From the NCBI GenBank assembly GCA_027624955.1, contig JAQBTG010000003.1:23163-87162 (forward strand): 64,000 bases of DNA. The letters run 5' to 3'. The stretch is from Pseudomonadota bacterium. Its GTDB lineage: Bacteria; Pseudomonadota; Alphaproteobacteria; UBA828. Shown piece by piece: positions 1 through 9,964 of this stretch. A model generated the notes under the pieces. It was given only the letters and a program-made list of their open reading frames with translations. It did not search any database and had not been told where the DNA came from. The stretch's first letter is position 1. Each line of letters starts with the position of its first letter. The position numbers and the translations under genes are program-made.

Positions 1-543
1 TCCAACGCTGAAACGGCGCAGGTATCCGGCGCAGACGGGACGGTAGAAGGCAGCGCAGAGGGTGCGAATTCGGAACCAGAAGCAATTTTGGGCGAATCAA
101 GTAATTTGCCGACGGATAATCTTGCCGCATCGGAAGAAGCCGTTTCGGAAGAGGTTTCTGAGGGGCATACCACAGAGCCGGCCGAAAGCGAGATAAAGCC
201 AAAACGTGCGAGCCGTTCAAGATGGAAACGCGCTACTGAGAAACAGCCGGATAATGATGCTGCGTCAAGCGAAGAGGCAAGCGGCGATGAACCTCTGGTG
301 TCCGCCGATGTTGGCAATTCCAATGATGGTGGCGATCCGCAAGAAAAGGCGCCCTCACCCGCTCCCATAGCCGAAACTCCCGCAACGCCTGACAGTGACA
401 GCGGCGATACCGCCAGCGATAAATTGGTGGCCGTTTCCCTAGAGGACAAAGCAGAAAATAGTTCAAGCGATGGGGGTCCCGGCGAACAGGCGGCAGAGCC
501 GTCACAGCGCCGCGCCGGATGGTGGCAGCGCGATTTGTCCTAA
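1..543 (+). CDS. C-terminal part of an acidic Ser/Glu/Asp/Ala-rich low-complexity protein, 5' end outside the window
   Basis: The frame of ORF 88..543 stays open back to nt 1. The translation is low-complexity and acidic with a basic patch (KPKRASRSRWKRATEKQ). Third-position GC is consistent with coding. No recognisable catalytic domain. Confidence 0.3.
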   Translation, partial: SNAETAQVSGADGTVEGSAEGANSEPEAILGESSNLPTDNLAASEEAVSEEVSEGHTTEPAESEIKPKRASRSRWKRATEKQPDNDAASSEEASGDEPLVSADVGNSNDGGDPQEKAPSPAPIAETPATPDSDSGDTASDKLVAVSLEDKAENSSSDGGPGEQAAEPSQRRAGWWQRDLS

Positions 544-579
544 CGCCGGCTTGGCTTGTCTGACCGACCCGACGTCATC

Positions 580-1728
580 TCATTCACTTTTTAGCCAGCG
601 AATGAGGGCGTTGGTGGCGCGCAATACAGTTGCGCGGTCGCTCGCAAATGAAATGCGCACATAGCGGTTGCCGCGCGCGGTGTCGAAATCGATACCGGGT
701 GTGGCCGCCACGCCTGTCGCCTTTAGCATGTCCTGGCAAAATTGTTGCGAATCATTGGTGAGGCGAGAGACATCCGCATACACATAAAAAGCACCGTCTG
801 AGGGTGCGAGGTCACCGAAGCCCGCTTGCGGCAAGGCATGTTGTAATATTTTTCGATTTTCAGCGTAGCGCGCGACATTGGCGTCAAGCTCTTCGCGGCA
901 ATCGAACGCCGCGAGGGCGGCATGCTGAGACAGCGCGGGCGGCGATATAAATATGTTCTGTGCCAGCCGCTCGACTGGTCGCACCAAATCTGATGGAAAT
1001 ACCATCCAGCCGAGCCGCCATCCGGTCATCGCAAAATATTTGGAAAATCCGTTGGCGACGATGGCGCTGTCGCTGTATGCGAGTATCGTCTCGGCGCGCT
1101 CGTGATAGGTAATGCCATGATAGATCTCATCCGAAATGATGCGGATACCTTCGCTGTCACAGTATTTTGCTACGGCCTCGAATTCGGCGCGCGGAATCAT
1201 CGTGCCTGTTGGATTGGATGGGCTGGAGATGATGAGTCCTTGGATTGGTTTTTCCAGTGCCCGCAAAAGCCCGACCGTCGGCTGAAAACGGGTTTCAGGT
1301 CCGGCAGGCAAACCAACCGATTCTAACCCGAGGGCAGCGAGCGTGTTGCGGTAGGCGGGATAGCTTGGGTCGGCCATGGCAACTCGGTCGCCGACATCAA
1401 AAGCCGCGAGAAATGCGAGCAAAAGCCCGCCCGAAGCACCGATGGTGACGGCGACCCGCTCTGCCGCAACCTGTTGACCGTAATATTCCGCGTAATGTTG
1501 GGCGATGCGGGCGCGTAATTTTGGATCACCCTGCGCCTCGGTATAGCCCAGATGGGCGTGATCGAGCGCGGCATGCGCGGCTTCGATGACCTTCGACGGC
1601 GCGCCGCTGACCGGTTCGCCTGTTTCCATATGCATGATATCAGCGCCGCCATCCGCCATTTCATTCGCGGTCTTGAGAATCTCCATGGCGTAAAAAGGCG
1701 CGACATCGGCGCGTCTAGAAACTTTCAT
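580..1728 (-). CDS. Pyridoxal-phosphate-dependent aminotransferase, class I/II (aspartate/aromatic family)
   Basis: 382 aa with SSPSNPTG and NGFSKYFAMTGWRLGW (PLP-lysine region) motifs typical of fold-type I aminotransferases. ATG start with GGAG RBS. Confidence 0.85.
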   Translation of the reverse strand: MKVSRRADVAPFYAMEILKTANEMADGGADIMHMETGEPVSGAPSKVIEAAHAALDHAHLGYTEAQGDPKLRARIAQHYAEYYGQQVAAERVAVTIGASGGLLLAFLAAFDVGDRVAMADPSYPAYRNTLAALGLESVGLPAGPETRFQPTVGLLRALEKPIQGLIISSPSNPTGTMIPRAEFEAVAKYCDSEGIRIISDEIYHGITYHERAETILAYSDSAIVANGFSKYFAMTGWRLGWMVFPSDLVRPVERLAQNIFISPPALSQHAALAAFDCREELDANVARYAENRKILQHALPQAGFGDLAPSDGAFYVYADVSRLTNDSQQFCQDMLKATGVAATPGIDFDTARGNRYVRISFASDRATVLRATNALIRWLKSE

Positions 1729-1743
1729 CTGATCCGCTCCAGC

Positions 1744-3327
1744 CTACAGCACGCCGCCACTGGCAAGGCCAAAGCCGCGCCGGTCGGTGTCGAATACGCA
1801 GGTTTCAGGGCTGCGCGGCGCGCCCCCCGGACAATGGACGGCATTCACACGGCCGATTTCCGGAACTTCGGAAACCCGATGGCGGCGCCGGTCAAGACTG
1901 TCCCGTAGAGCTGTATCAAAATTAGGTTCGGTAACAACGATGTCAGGTATGCCGCCGTGATGGAGCCGAGGTGCATCCATCGCATCACGCAGCGGCAGAG
2001 CGTCGAGAAGCGCTCCACGCATTACACTGGCCAAAGCTGAGGGCGCGGCAGCGCCGCCTACCGAGCCAGCGGCAAAGAACAACTGACTGGTATTATGATT
2101 TACTAGGACAATCGGCGAGAGAGCCGTCGCGGCGTTTCCCGATGCTGCGGGAGAAGCAGCTAATAAGATGCCGGTGCCAGGTACAATACGTCCGGTTCCG
2201 AACAAATTATTCATCGTCACGGCGCAAGATACGGTGAGGCCGCGCCTGTCGATGGTAACAAAGCTGGTTGCGGCCGGGTTTTCTAGCCGGCGCTCCGGCA
2301 GCTGGCTCAATTTGTCCAGGGCGGTCGCTTGACTGGAGTTATAGGAATCCATGCTCGATCGCAGACGATTCAAATCGAGTGCCACTCCATTTTTGACGTC
2401 TAGCCAGGTCTCCCGATCCGCAAAGGCGCGTTTCGAGGCTTCAGCAAAAAGATGAGCACGCTCGTCAGCCGGGGCGTCAAGATAACGATCGTCTTCGGCC
2501 AAAAGGTGAAACATTGCGGCTGCCGTGAGGCCGCCGGCGGCGGGGGGTGGCGCAGTATGAAAGACTTGGTTTCCAAACGGCAATGTGATGCTTTCCCGCC
2601 AGACCGGTGCAAAGGCCCGCAATTCTTCAATTGTGAGCGCGCCCTCGGCCTCCGCGACTCGGGCGCTCAGGACTTTGGCGACGCTGCCGCCATAGAATTC
2701 GCCAACCCCCTTAAGTCGCAGTTGGGATATGACGGAGCCGAGTTCCAACTGATACACCCGTTGACCTTCGGAAATTGGCGAGCCGTCGCTGTGTAAAAAT
2801 ATTTTGCGCATTTCGGGGTCGGTAAATAAAGACAGGCCTGCCAACCGGATGTCGCGTGCCAGAGCCCGCGAAACTTGATGTCCGAGGCGCGCATATGTTT
2901 CTGCCGGTGCCAGCAAGCGCGACCATGGCAGGCGGCCGTAGCGTGCTTGTAGACCGTACATGCCCCGCACCGAGCCGGGAATCGCGTTGGGGCGGCGAGG
3001 CGCGGTGCCCCCGGTTGCCGCTGCGAGGGCATAAAATTCAATAACTTCGGTGGTGTCGCCGTCATCCTCATTCGGATTGTACACCAAGCATACGCCGCCG
3101 CCGCCAAGGCTCGCAGTCGAGGGATAGGTTACAGCCAATGTAAAATATAGCGCAACGGCGGCATCAGCCGCACTGCCGCCCGCCGCTAGTACGTCGCGAG
3201 CGACCAAGGCGGCGCGCGGCTCGTCGGACGTCGCGCCGCCGAAATAGCTGGTGGGTTCAAACATCGAGAAATCTGGTAAAGTCTGGGCAACTTCGCATCC
3301 GCTCAACAGAATCAGCGCGGCTACCAT
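1744..3327 (-). CDS. ggt: Gamma-glutamyltransferase
   Basis: Autoprocessing/catalytic Thr region TTSFVTIDRRGLTVS and an overall GGT-like sequence. Start placed at the internal ATG (MVAALILLSGC..., lipobox-like signal). The track ORF extends to 3525 but overlaps the divergent M48 gene. Confidence 0.8.
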   Translation of the reverse strand: MVAALILLSGCEVAQTLPDFSMFEPTSYFGGATSDEPRAALVARDVLAAGGSAADAAVALYFTLAVTYPSTASLGGGGVCLVYNPNEDDGDTTEVIEFYALAAATGGTAPRRPNAIPGSVRGMYGLQARYGRLPWSRLLAPAETYARLGHQVSRALARDIRLAGLSLFTDPEMRKIFLHSDGSPISEGQRVYQLELGSVISQLRLKGVGEFYGGSVAKVLSARVAEAEGALTIEELRAFAPVWRESITLPFGNQVFHTAPPPAAGGLTAAAMFHLLAEDDRYLDAPADERAHLFAEASKRAFADRETWLDVKNGVALDLNRLRSSMDSYNSSQATALDKLSQLPERRLENPAATSFVTIDRRGLTVSCAVTMNNLFGTGRIVPGTGILLAASPAASGNAATALSPIVLVNHNTSQLFFAAGSVGGAAAPSALASVMRGALLDALPLRDAMDAPRLHHGGIPDIVVTEPNFDTALRDSLDRRRHRVSEVPEIGRVNAVHCPGGAPRSPETCVFDTDRRGFGLASGGVL

Positions 3328-3391
3328 CGAGGTTGCGCGCAGGCGCAAACCGGAGAACAGGCTACATCGTAAAATAAAGAGCTTTAAGGAT

Positions 3392-4747
3392 ATGAATTTG
3401 AGCATTTTTCCTGTGCGCGCGGTCGGCTTCGTCCTCGCATGTGTTATTTTATTGTCAGTGATTGCCCCGACTATCAAGGCACAAGGGCTGTCGCTTATTC
3501 GTGATACCGAGATTGAAAATACCATTCGCGGCTATGCCGCGCCACTATTCGCGGTGGCCGGCCTCGATGCTGCAGCGGTAAATGTGCATATTGTCGATGA
3601 TTCACGCTTGAATGCGTTTGTCGCCGGCGGAATGAATTTGTTCGTCAATACTGGTCTACTCATGTCAAGCGACACCCCAGATGCCATTATTGGTGTATTT
3701 GCGCATGAAACCGGTCATATCGCCGGCGGCCATTTGGCGCGCACCCGCGAAGCGGTAGAAAACGCGACGACAGAGGCGATGCTTGCCTACATCCTCGGCG
3801 CCGCGGCGATTTTGGCCGGTGGCGGTCAAGCCGGAGGGGCGATAATGGGCACCGGAACGGCAATCGCCCAGCAATCGCTCTTTCGCTATAGCCAGTCGCA
3901 GGAACAGTCGGCGGATCAGGCCGGTGTCGGGTATCTCCGCGCCATCGGGCGCTCTGCCTCAGGGATGCTCGATGTTTTTTATAAACTGGAAGACCAGGAA
4001 TTATTGGTGGCCGAACGCCAAGACCCCTATTTGCGCTCGCACCCACTGACCCGCGATCGCATCAGTTTCGTACGCAACTTCGTAGAAACCTCGACTTATC
4101 CGACCATAATCTCGGATGAAGCCGAGTTATTGGCGCATCGCCGGATGGTGGCCAAGCTGTTTGCCTATCTGAATTCACCGGGCAAGACGTTGCGAATTTA
4201 CCGTGAGGATGACACTAGTCTCACCGCGCGTTACGCGCGGGCGATTGCTTATTATCGAATTCCGGACGTAGAACGGGCGATCGGCGAGCTCGATGGCTTA
4301 TTGCGCGAATTTCCAGATGATCCCTGGTTTCAGGAGCTAAAGGGACAAATACTTTTCGAAAATGGTCACATCGCGCTTTCCATTCCGCCCTATGAAAAGG
4401 CTGTCGCCTTGCGGCCTGATGAGCCGCTCCTGCGGTTGGGCCTAGCGCGTGCCCTAATCGAGATCAATGAATTGGGATTTAATAAGAAAGCGATAGATCA
4501 CTTGGTTGTCGCCACTCGAACGGAGCCCAACTACGCGCCGCACTGGCATTTCCTGGGAATCGCCTATGGGCGCGACGAACAACTCGCGCAATCGTCTCTC
4601 GCTTTGGCTGAAGCGTCGATGCTGCGCGGCGAGCTTGCTGAGGCAAAATATCATGCCGAAAGAGCGAAGCGCGGCTTGCCTGTCGGTGCGCCAGCTTATT
4701 TACGCGCAGAAGACATCATTTTGGTGGCGAACAAGGGCAAGCCCTGA
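3392..4747 (+). CDS. M48 family zinc metallopeptidase with C-terminal TPR repeats (BepA/YfgC-like)
   Basis: HETGH (HExxH) motif after an N-terminal signal/TM segment, and a TPR-like C-terminal half. Start taken at the internal ATG (MNLSIF...). The first 47 codons of the track ORF overlap ggt. Confidence 0.8.
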   Translation: MNLSIFPVRAVGFVLACVILLSVIAPTIKAQGLSLIRDTEIENTIRGYAAPLFAVAGLDAAAVNVHIVDDSRLNAFVAGGMNLFVNTGLLMSSDTPDAIIGVFAHETGHIAGGHLARTREAVENATTEAMLAYILGAAAILAGGGQAGGAIMGTGTAIAQQSLFRYSQSQEQSADQAGVGYLRAIGRSASGMLDVFYKLEDQELLVAERQDPYLRSHPLTRDRISFVRNFVETSTYPTIISDEAELLAHRRMVAKLFAYLNSPGKTLRIYREDDTSLTARYARAIAYYRIPDVERAIGELDGLLREFPDDPWFQELKGQILFENGHIALSIPPYEKAVALRPDEPLLRLGLARALIEINELGFNKKAIDHLVVATRTEPNYAPHWHFLGIAYGRDEQLAQSSLALAEASMLRGELAEAKYHAERAKRGLPVGAPAYLRAEDIILVANKGKP

Positions 4748-5144
4748 AATCTCTGGTCGGGAATGTTATTGCGCCGATTTCATGTTCTACCGGCGCTTAG
4801 GTTCTGGCGTTGAACAACTGCAATACCGGCGGGAGAACTAAGGTGCAACGAAAATGCCTCAAATCGGAGTGCTATTTTAAACCTGTGTTTGTGTAGAACA
4901 TGTATTATTTTCAAGATGTTATGGTCGAGAATTGTGTCATACATCGAGCATTGTATGACGAAACAGAGGCGAAAATTCCCGAACCGAAGATGGGTGCATT
5001 AACCATATTAGTTCACTGATCGTTCTGTACTACAGCAGAAAATCGATGTAATTAATTGGATAACATGGTTAACACAATGAGCTAACAAAGCATTACGCGA
5101 ATTAAGTTAGCTTGGGCGCGGCGAAATTTGGTGTGCGGACTGGA

Positions 5145-6188
5145 CTAAATCAGGCCACCAAGCGGCGATGACGGGTCGGCATAGAGCTTTTTTGGCATGC
5201 GCCCCGCAAGATAGGCCAATCTCCCCGCTTGCACCGCCAAGCGCATAGCATGGGCCATACTTATTGGGTCCTTGGCTTCGGCAATTGCGGTATTCATCAA
5301 CACGCCATCACAGCCAAGTTCCATGGCAATAGCCGCATCGGAAGCGGTGCCGACACCGGCATCGACTAGCACCGGAAGCCCACTATTTTCGATGATGATG
5401 CGCAGATTCACAGGGTTCTGAATTCCGAGGCCCGACCCGATAGGCGCCGCCAACGGCATGATCGCCACACAGCCAAGGTCTTCTAGCCTTTTGGCCATAA
5501 TCGGGTCATCGCTGCAATAAACCATGACGTCAAAACCCTCTTTCACGAGCATTTCAGTCGCCACCAGCGTTTCCACCATATTCGGATACAGCGTGGTTTG
5601 GTCGCCTAGAACCTCTAATTTGACCAGCTTCCAGCCACCTGCTTCGCGCGCCAAGCGCATGGTACGAACGGCGTCATCCGCCGTGTAGCAGCCGGCGGTA
5701 TTGGGCAGAAAAGTGTATTTCTTGGGGTCGAGAAAATCGATCAGCATCGGTGCGCCAGGGTTACCGATGTTGACTCGGCGCACCGCTACGGTGACGACCT
5801 CGGCACCGGAAGCCTCTACGGCCTGCGCCGTTTCGGCGAAATCGCGGTATTTTCCGGTGCCGACAATGAGACGCGAGGTAAATTTGCGACCGGCAACCTC
5901 CCAACCAAGATTCTCCACTGCTTGAGATTCCACCGTGTTGGCGCCACCACCGATGAAGTGGACGATCTCCAATTTGTCGCCTTCTGCGACCGGAGTGCCG
6001 CCGTAGGCGCCTTTCGGGACGATTTCCAAATTGCGTTCGACCGCGATCTTGCGCGGATCGAAACCGAGCCGTTGCAATACTGATTCGACCGTCAGCGGTC
6101 CGTCAAACTCGCGCGCTTCCCCATTTATTTGAACTTGCATGCTTTGCGGTAATTCCTTCGGCCGGCGGCGCAAGCCGCTAGCCATCAT
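5145..6188 (-). CDS. thiG: Fused sulfur-carrier protein ThiS / thiazole synthase ThiG
   Basis: The N-terminal 66 aa ([11 protein letters not shown]...VHFIGGG) is a ThiS ubiquitin-like fold ending in GG. It is followed without a stop by a ThiG TIM-barrel ([10 protein letters not shown]...). The likely true start is the ATG at 6140 (MQVQING). Confidence 0.8.
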   Translation of the reverse strand: MMASGLRRRPKELPQSMQVQINGEAREFDGPLTVESVLQRLGFDPRKIAVERNLEIVPKGAYGGTPVAEGDKLEIVHFIGGGANTVESQAVENLGWEVAGRKFTSRLIVGTGKYRDFAETAQAVEASGAEVVTVAVRRVNIGNPGAPMLIDFLDPKKYTFLPNTAGCYTADDAVRTMRLAREAGGWKLVKLEVLGDQTTLYPNMVETLVATEMLVKEGFDVMVYCSDDPIMAKRLEDLGCVAIMPLAAPIGSGLGIQNPVNLRIIIENSGLPVLVDAGVGTASDAAIAMELGCDGVLMNTAIAEAKDPISMAHAMRLAVQAGRLAYLAGRMPKKLYADPSSPLGGLI

Positions 6189-6357
6189 GTTGCACGTCGC
6201 ACTGAATTAGAGTATGGCCACGTCGTTCTGCATTTCAACTGTTTGAGCCGCATCTGCAGGCGTGCGCCCGAAAATATATCTGGGCGCTGGCAATCGGAGG
6301 CCATCGCGCCTCTCTCTTGGTGCGAATGGCATGGATTTGGTTTAGTATGGTTTTCCG

Positions 6358-6801
6358 ATGACACACAAAATCTTGATATTGAATGGTCCAAACCTCAATA
6401 TGTTGGGACAGCGAGAGCCGGATATCTACGGTGGCGACTCTCTTGATACAATTGACTCAGCCTGCCAGCACAAGGGTCAAGCTTTGGGCATGGCCATCGA
6501 TTTTCGCCAATCAAACAGCGAAGGCGAGTTGGTCACCTGGATTCAGTCGGCAGTGGTAGATTTCTCCGGCATCGTAATAAATGGCGGCGCCTACAGCCAC
6601 ACATCAATAGCGATTCTGGATGCGTTGCGGGCGGCGGGCCTACCAACAATCGAGGTTCACTTGTCTAATATTTATCGTCGCGAATCCTTCCGCAAACATT
6701 CCTTCATCTCGCAGGCGGCGCTCGGAGTGATTTGCGGCCTGGGCGCGCAGGGCTATCTGTTGGCGCTCGACGCTTTAGCGCAAATAGTGGATAAGGATTA
6801 A
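6358..6801 (+). CDS. aroQ: 3-dehydroquinate dehydratase, type II
   Basis: MTHKILILNGPNLNMLGQREPDIYG is the canonical AroQ N-terminus. 147 aa. Conserved aroQ-accB-accC synteny. Confidence 0.9.
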   Translation: MTHKILILNGPNLNMLGQREPDIYGGDSLDTIDSACQHKGQALGMAIDFRQSNSEGELVTWIQSAVVDFSGIVINGGAYSHTSIAILDALRAAGLPTIEVHLSNIYRRESFRKHSFISQAALGVICGLGAQGYLLALDALAQIVDKD

Positions 6802-6805
6802 ACAA

Positions 6806-7291
6806 ATGGCGGTGGAATTGCCTTTGGACGAATCTGAGAAAAACCGACGTCGACCCGATTTCGATCTCATTCGTGATTTGGCGGCGCTTCTCGAAGAAAC
6901 CGGCTTGAGCGAGATCGAAATTGGCGGCGGGCCAGAACGGGTACGTGTGGCGCGCACCCTCCATGGCAACGCAATCACGGTGGCGCCGGCGGCTTCAGAT
7001 GCTCTGATAGCTGATATGGCCGATGTGCTGACGGCAGTAAGCGTGGATTCCAGCCATCCAGGCGCTGTTATTTCGCCCTTGGTTGGCGTCGCCTATAACG
7101 CTCCTGAGCCCGGCGCTGAGCCCTTCATCAGGGTTGGCGAGCAAGTGAGCGAAGGACAAACCCTCTTTATCGTCGAAGCAATGAAGACGATGAATCCGAT
7201 TCGCTCGCCGCGCAGCGGCCGGGTAGTTAGAATTTTTGCCGAAAACGGCACGCCAGTAGAATATGGCGAAGTCCTACTGTTGCTAGAATAG
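6806..7291 (+). CDS. accB: Acetyl-CoA carboxylase biotin carboxyl carrier protein
   Basis: C-terminal biotinyl domain with the EAMKTMN biotinylation motif. AAGGA RBS. Lies immediately upstream of accC. Confidence 0.9.
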   Translation: MAVELPLDESEKNRRRPDFDLIRDLAALLEETGLSEIEIGGGPERVRVARTLHGNAITVAPAASDALIADMADVLTAVSVDSSHPGAVISPLVGVAYNAPEPGAEPFIRVGEQVSEGQTLFIVEAMKTMNPIRSPRSGRVVRIFAENGTPVEYGEVLLLLE

Positions 7292-7327
7292 CACCGGCCC
7301 ACATGTCCGTTTAGGCTGCCCAACACA

Positions 7328-8668
7328 ATGTTCGAAAAAGTTCTCATAGCCAATCGCGGCGAGATCGCGGTGCGTATCCATCGCGCCTGCAAGGAATTGG
7401 GAATCAAAACTGTCTCGGTGCATTCGACCGCCGATACCGATGCCATGCATGCCCGCCTCTCTGACGAATCGGTCTGTATTGGACCGGCCTCAGTGCGCGA
7501 CAGCTATCTCAACATACCCTCTATCATTGCCGCCGCGGAAATCACCAATGCCGACGCCATTCATCCCGGCTATGGCTTTCTCTCGGAAAACGCCAATTTT
7601 GCCAGCATTGTTGAGGAGCACGGCTTTACGTTTATCGGACCGACGCCGGCACATATCGCCATGATGGGCGACAAAGTACGGGCCAAGGAGACCATGCAGA
7701 AATTGGGCGTCCCTGTCGTGCCGGGCTCGGCGGGCGCAATGCAAGATATCGCGGAATTCAGTGCCGTCGCCGAGACGATCGGCTATCCGGTTTTGGTAAA
7801 GGCGGTTTCTGGTGGTGGCGGCCGCGGCATGAAGCGGGTCGAGCGCCAGGAAGATATGGCGGCGGCCGTGGCGATGGCCCGCGCCGAGGCGAAATCGGCG
7901 TTCGGCGATGATTCGCTTTATCTGGAGAAATTGATCGACTCCCCGCGACATGTCGAAGTTCAAGTGTTAGCCGATCAGCACGGCACCGTTGTGCACCTCG
8001 GAGAGCGCGATTGCTCACTGCAGCGGCGCCATCAAAAAATGTTGGAAGAAGCTCCCTCCTCTGCGCTGAACACCGAAGAGCGCGAGAGTATCGGTGCCCG
8101 AGTGGTCAAAGCGGTTTCCGAAATCGGCTATCGCGGCGTCGGCACCATGGAGTTTCTATATCAGGCCGGTGAATTCTATTTCATCGAAATGAACACCCGT
8201 ATCCAGGTTGAGCATCCGGTGACCGAAATGATTACCGGTATTGATCTGGTACGCGAGCAAATCCGTGTCGCCGACGGCGCGCCTTTGGGCTACGAGCAAA
8301 AAGATATCGTCTTTAACGGGCACGCCATCGAGTGCCGGGTGAACGCTGAAGATCCGCTTACCTTTCGCCCCTCTCCCGGTTTGATCACCGGGTATCACCC
8401 GCCGGGTGGGCTTGGCGTCCGTGTAGATTCAGCGCTCTATCAGGATTATTCGGTGCCACCCTTTTACGATAGCCTGATCGCTAAGGTCATTGTGCATGGC
8501 TCGAATCGAAACGAATGCCTGATGCGCTTGCGCCGCGCGCTCGAAGAATATGTCATCACCGGCGTTGAAACGACGATTCCGTTTCATCTCAAATTGATCG
8601 CCAATGCCGATTTCGCCAATGGCGCTTATGATATTCATTGGCTGGAGAAATTCATAGCAGAAGCCTAG
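7328..8668 (+). CDS. accC: Acetyl-CoA carboxylase biotin carboxylase subunit
   Basis: 446 aa ATP-grasp biotin carboxylase ([17 protein letters not shown]..., GGGGRGM glycine-rich loop). Confidence 0.95.
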   Translation: MFEKVLIANRGEIAVRIHRACKELGIKTVSVHSTADTDAMHARLSDESVCIGPASVRDSYLNIPSIIAAAEITNADAIHPGYGFLSENANFASIVEEHGFTFIGPTPAHIAMMGDKVRAKETMQKLGVPVVPGSAGAMQDIAEFSAVAETIGYPVLVKAVSGGGGRGMKRVERQEDMAAAVAMARAEAKSAFGDDSLYLEKLIDSPRHVEVQVLADQHGTVVHLGERDCSLQRRHQKMLEEAPSSALNTEERESIGARVVKAVSEIGYRGVGTMEFLYQAGEFYFIEMNTRIQVEHPVTEMITGIDLVREQIRVADGAPLGYEQKDIVFNGHAIECRVNAEDPLTFRPSPGLITGYHPPGGLGVRVDSALYQDYSVPPFYDSLIAKVIVHGSNRNECLMRLRRALEEYVITGVETTIPFHLKLIANADFANGAYDIHWLEKFIAEA

Positions 8669-8693
8669 GCTTCGGGGGGCATGGGTTGAGCCG

Positions 8694-9341
8694 ATGATTG
8701 AATTGTCGCCAGAACTGATTCTCCGGGCCTATGCGTGTGGCGTATTTCCCATGGCGGAACGCCAGGACGATCCTTCCGTGTTTTGGGTGGACCCGGATTG
8801 GCGCGGCGTCATTCCGTTAGACGAATTTCATTTGCCGCGCCGCCTCGGCCGCACGGTGCGCTCGGGAAAATTCCAAATAACCGTGGATCAGGCGTTCGAC
8901 CAAGTCATCCGTACATGCGCGGAGCGTACCGCACAGCGTATGGAATCATGGATCAATGGTGATATCGTTAAGGTCTATGGCGAGTTGCACCGCCTCGGCA
9001 ACGCCCACAGCGTCGAATGCTGGAGCGGTACTGAATTGGTCGGCGGACTTTACGGCGTGTCGCTTGGCGCCGCCTTTTTTGGCGAAAGCATGTTTAGCCG
9101 CAAAACTGATGCAAGCAAGGTCGCTTTGGTGCATCTGGTTGAGCGCTTGCGCGCCGGTGGCTACACGCTATTGGATACCCAGTTTGTGACTGCGCATTTG
9201 ACCGGTTTCGGCGCTGTCGAGTTGCCGCGCGGAACATATCTTGAGCAATTACGGGCGGCACTAGAGCGCCAGGCGACCTTTTATCCGTTTGATTCGGAAT
9301 TCACTTCCAACATGGCGCAATCGAGCACCCAGACGTCATAG
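8694..9341 (+). CDS. aat: Leucyl/phenylalanyl-tRNA--protein transferase
   Basis: 215 aa starting [20 protein letters not shown]...[13 protein letters not shown], typical of L/F-transferase. Confidence 0.85.
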   Translation: MIELSPELILRAYACGVFPMAERQDDPSVFWVDPDWRGVIPLDEFHLPRRLGRTVRSGKFQITVDQAFDQVIRTCAERTAQRMESWINGDIVKVYGELHRLGNAHSVECWSGTELVGGLYGVSLGAAFFGESMFSRKTDASKVALVHLVERLRAGGYTLLDTQFVTAHLTGFGAVELPRGTYLEQLRAALERQATFYPFDSEFTSNMAQSSTQTS

Positions 9342-9727
9342 ACCGGATGTTGCAGCGCCGATAGGCCAGGGGTCGAAGCGAACATCCAGCCACTGAACAG
9401 CAATTCCACCGACGTTCCCTGTCGTTTCTCGCGAATTTCGAGAAAGGCCGCGCTTTCGGGAGGTTCCTCGGGCGGTTTTTTGTGACAGGCCCGGGCAGTG
9501 ATTTCGAGCGTGCCGAAGACAACGGGAGTGTCTAATTCGGCAGTGAATTTCGATATCCGCGCGGTTACTTTGTCGAGACCCTGGAGCACTACGGCTGAGC
9601 GTTCCGCTGCTTGCAGGTTGAACGGCAACAACAGGAGCAAAGCCGCGATTGTCGCGATAGAGAGAGCCGCTGCATGACGATATTTACCGCGGTGCCAGCT
9701 CCCCGAGGCGCGGCTAATTATCCGCAC
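9281..9727 (-). CDS. Secreted DUF2155-family protein
   Basis: Signal peptide followed by FSGWMF...[11 protein letters not shown], matching the DUF2155 family often found near aat in alphaproteobacteria. GTG start in the track. 3' end overlaps aat by 60 nt. Confidence 0.6.
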   Translation of the reverse strand: MRIISRASGSWHRGKYRHAAALSIATIAALLLLLPFNLQAAERSAVVLQGLDKVTARISKFTAELDTPVVFGTLEITARACHKKPPEEPPESAAFLEIREKRQGTSVELLFSGWMFASTPGLSALQHPVYDVWVLDCAMLEVNSESNG

Positions 9728-9964
9728 CGAACGAAAGTTCGTATCGATCTACGGCAGCGACGCTGGTGCGCGAATAAGCGAAGGCAACGAACGCGCCGGC
9801 GACCACCAACACAAGCGCGCCCAAGAATGTTCCTAAGATGCTTCTCGACATGAAACTCTTTTCCGCTCAATCCAACGTAATGCCGATATTGCAGGGAGCA
9901 TTGTCCCTATCGCGACGATTGACAAGTCCCGCAAAAGGGATGCGCCGGGTGATCGCCGCGCGGG

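Noticed and set aside
3251-3391. N-terminal 47 codons of the track ORF 3251..4747
   Set aside because: They overlap the ggt coding region on the opposite strand. The M48 peptidase has a proper signal-peptide start at the internal ATG 3392 (MNLSIFPV...).
6141-6357. Expected TPP riboswitch upstream of thiSG
   Set aside because: The reverse complement was read for the THI-box core (CUGAGA ... ACCUGAUCUGGAUAAUGCCAGCG) and no match was found. There is only a GCGCCC-N12-GGGCGC hairpin. A covariance-model search would be needed to rule it out fully.
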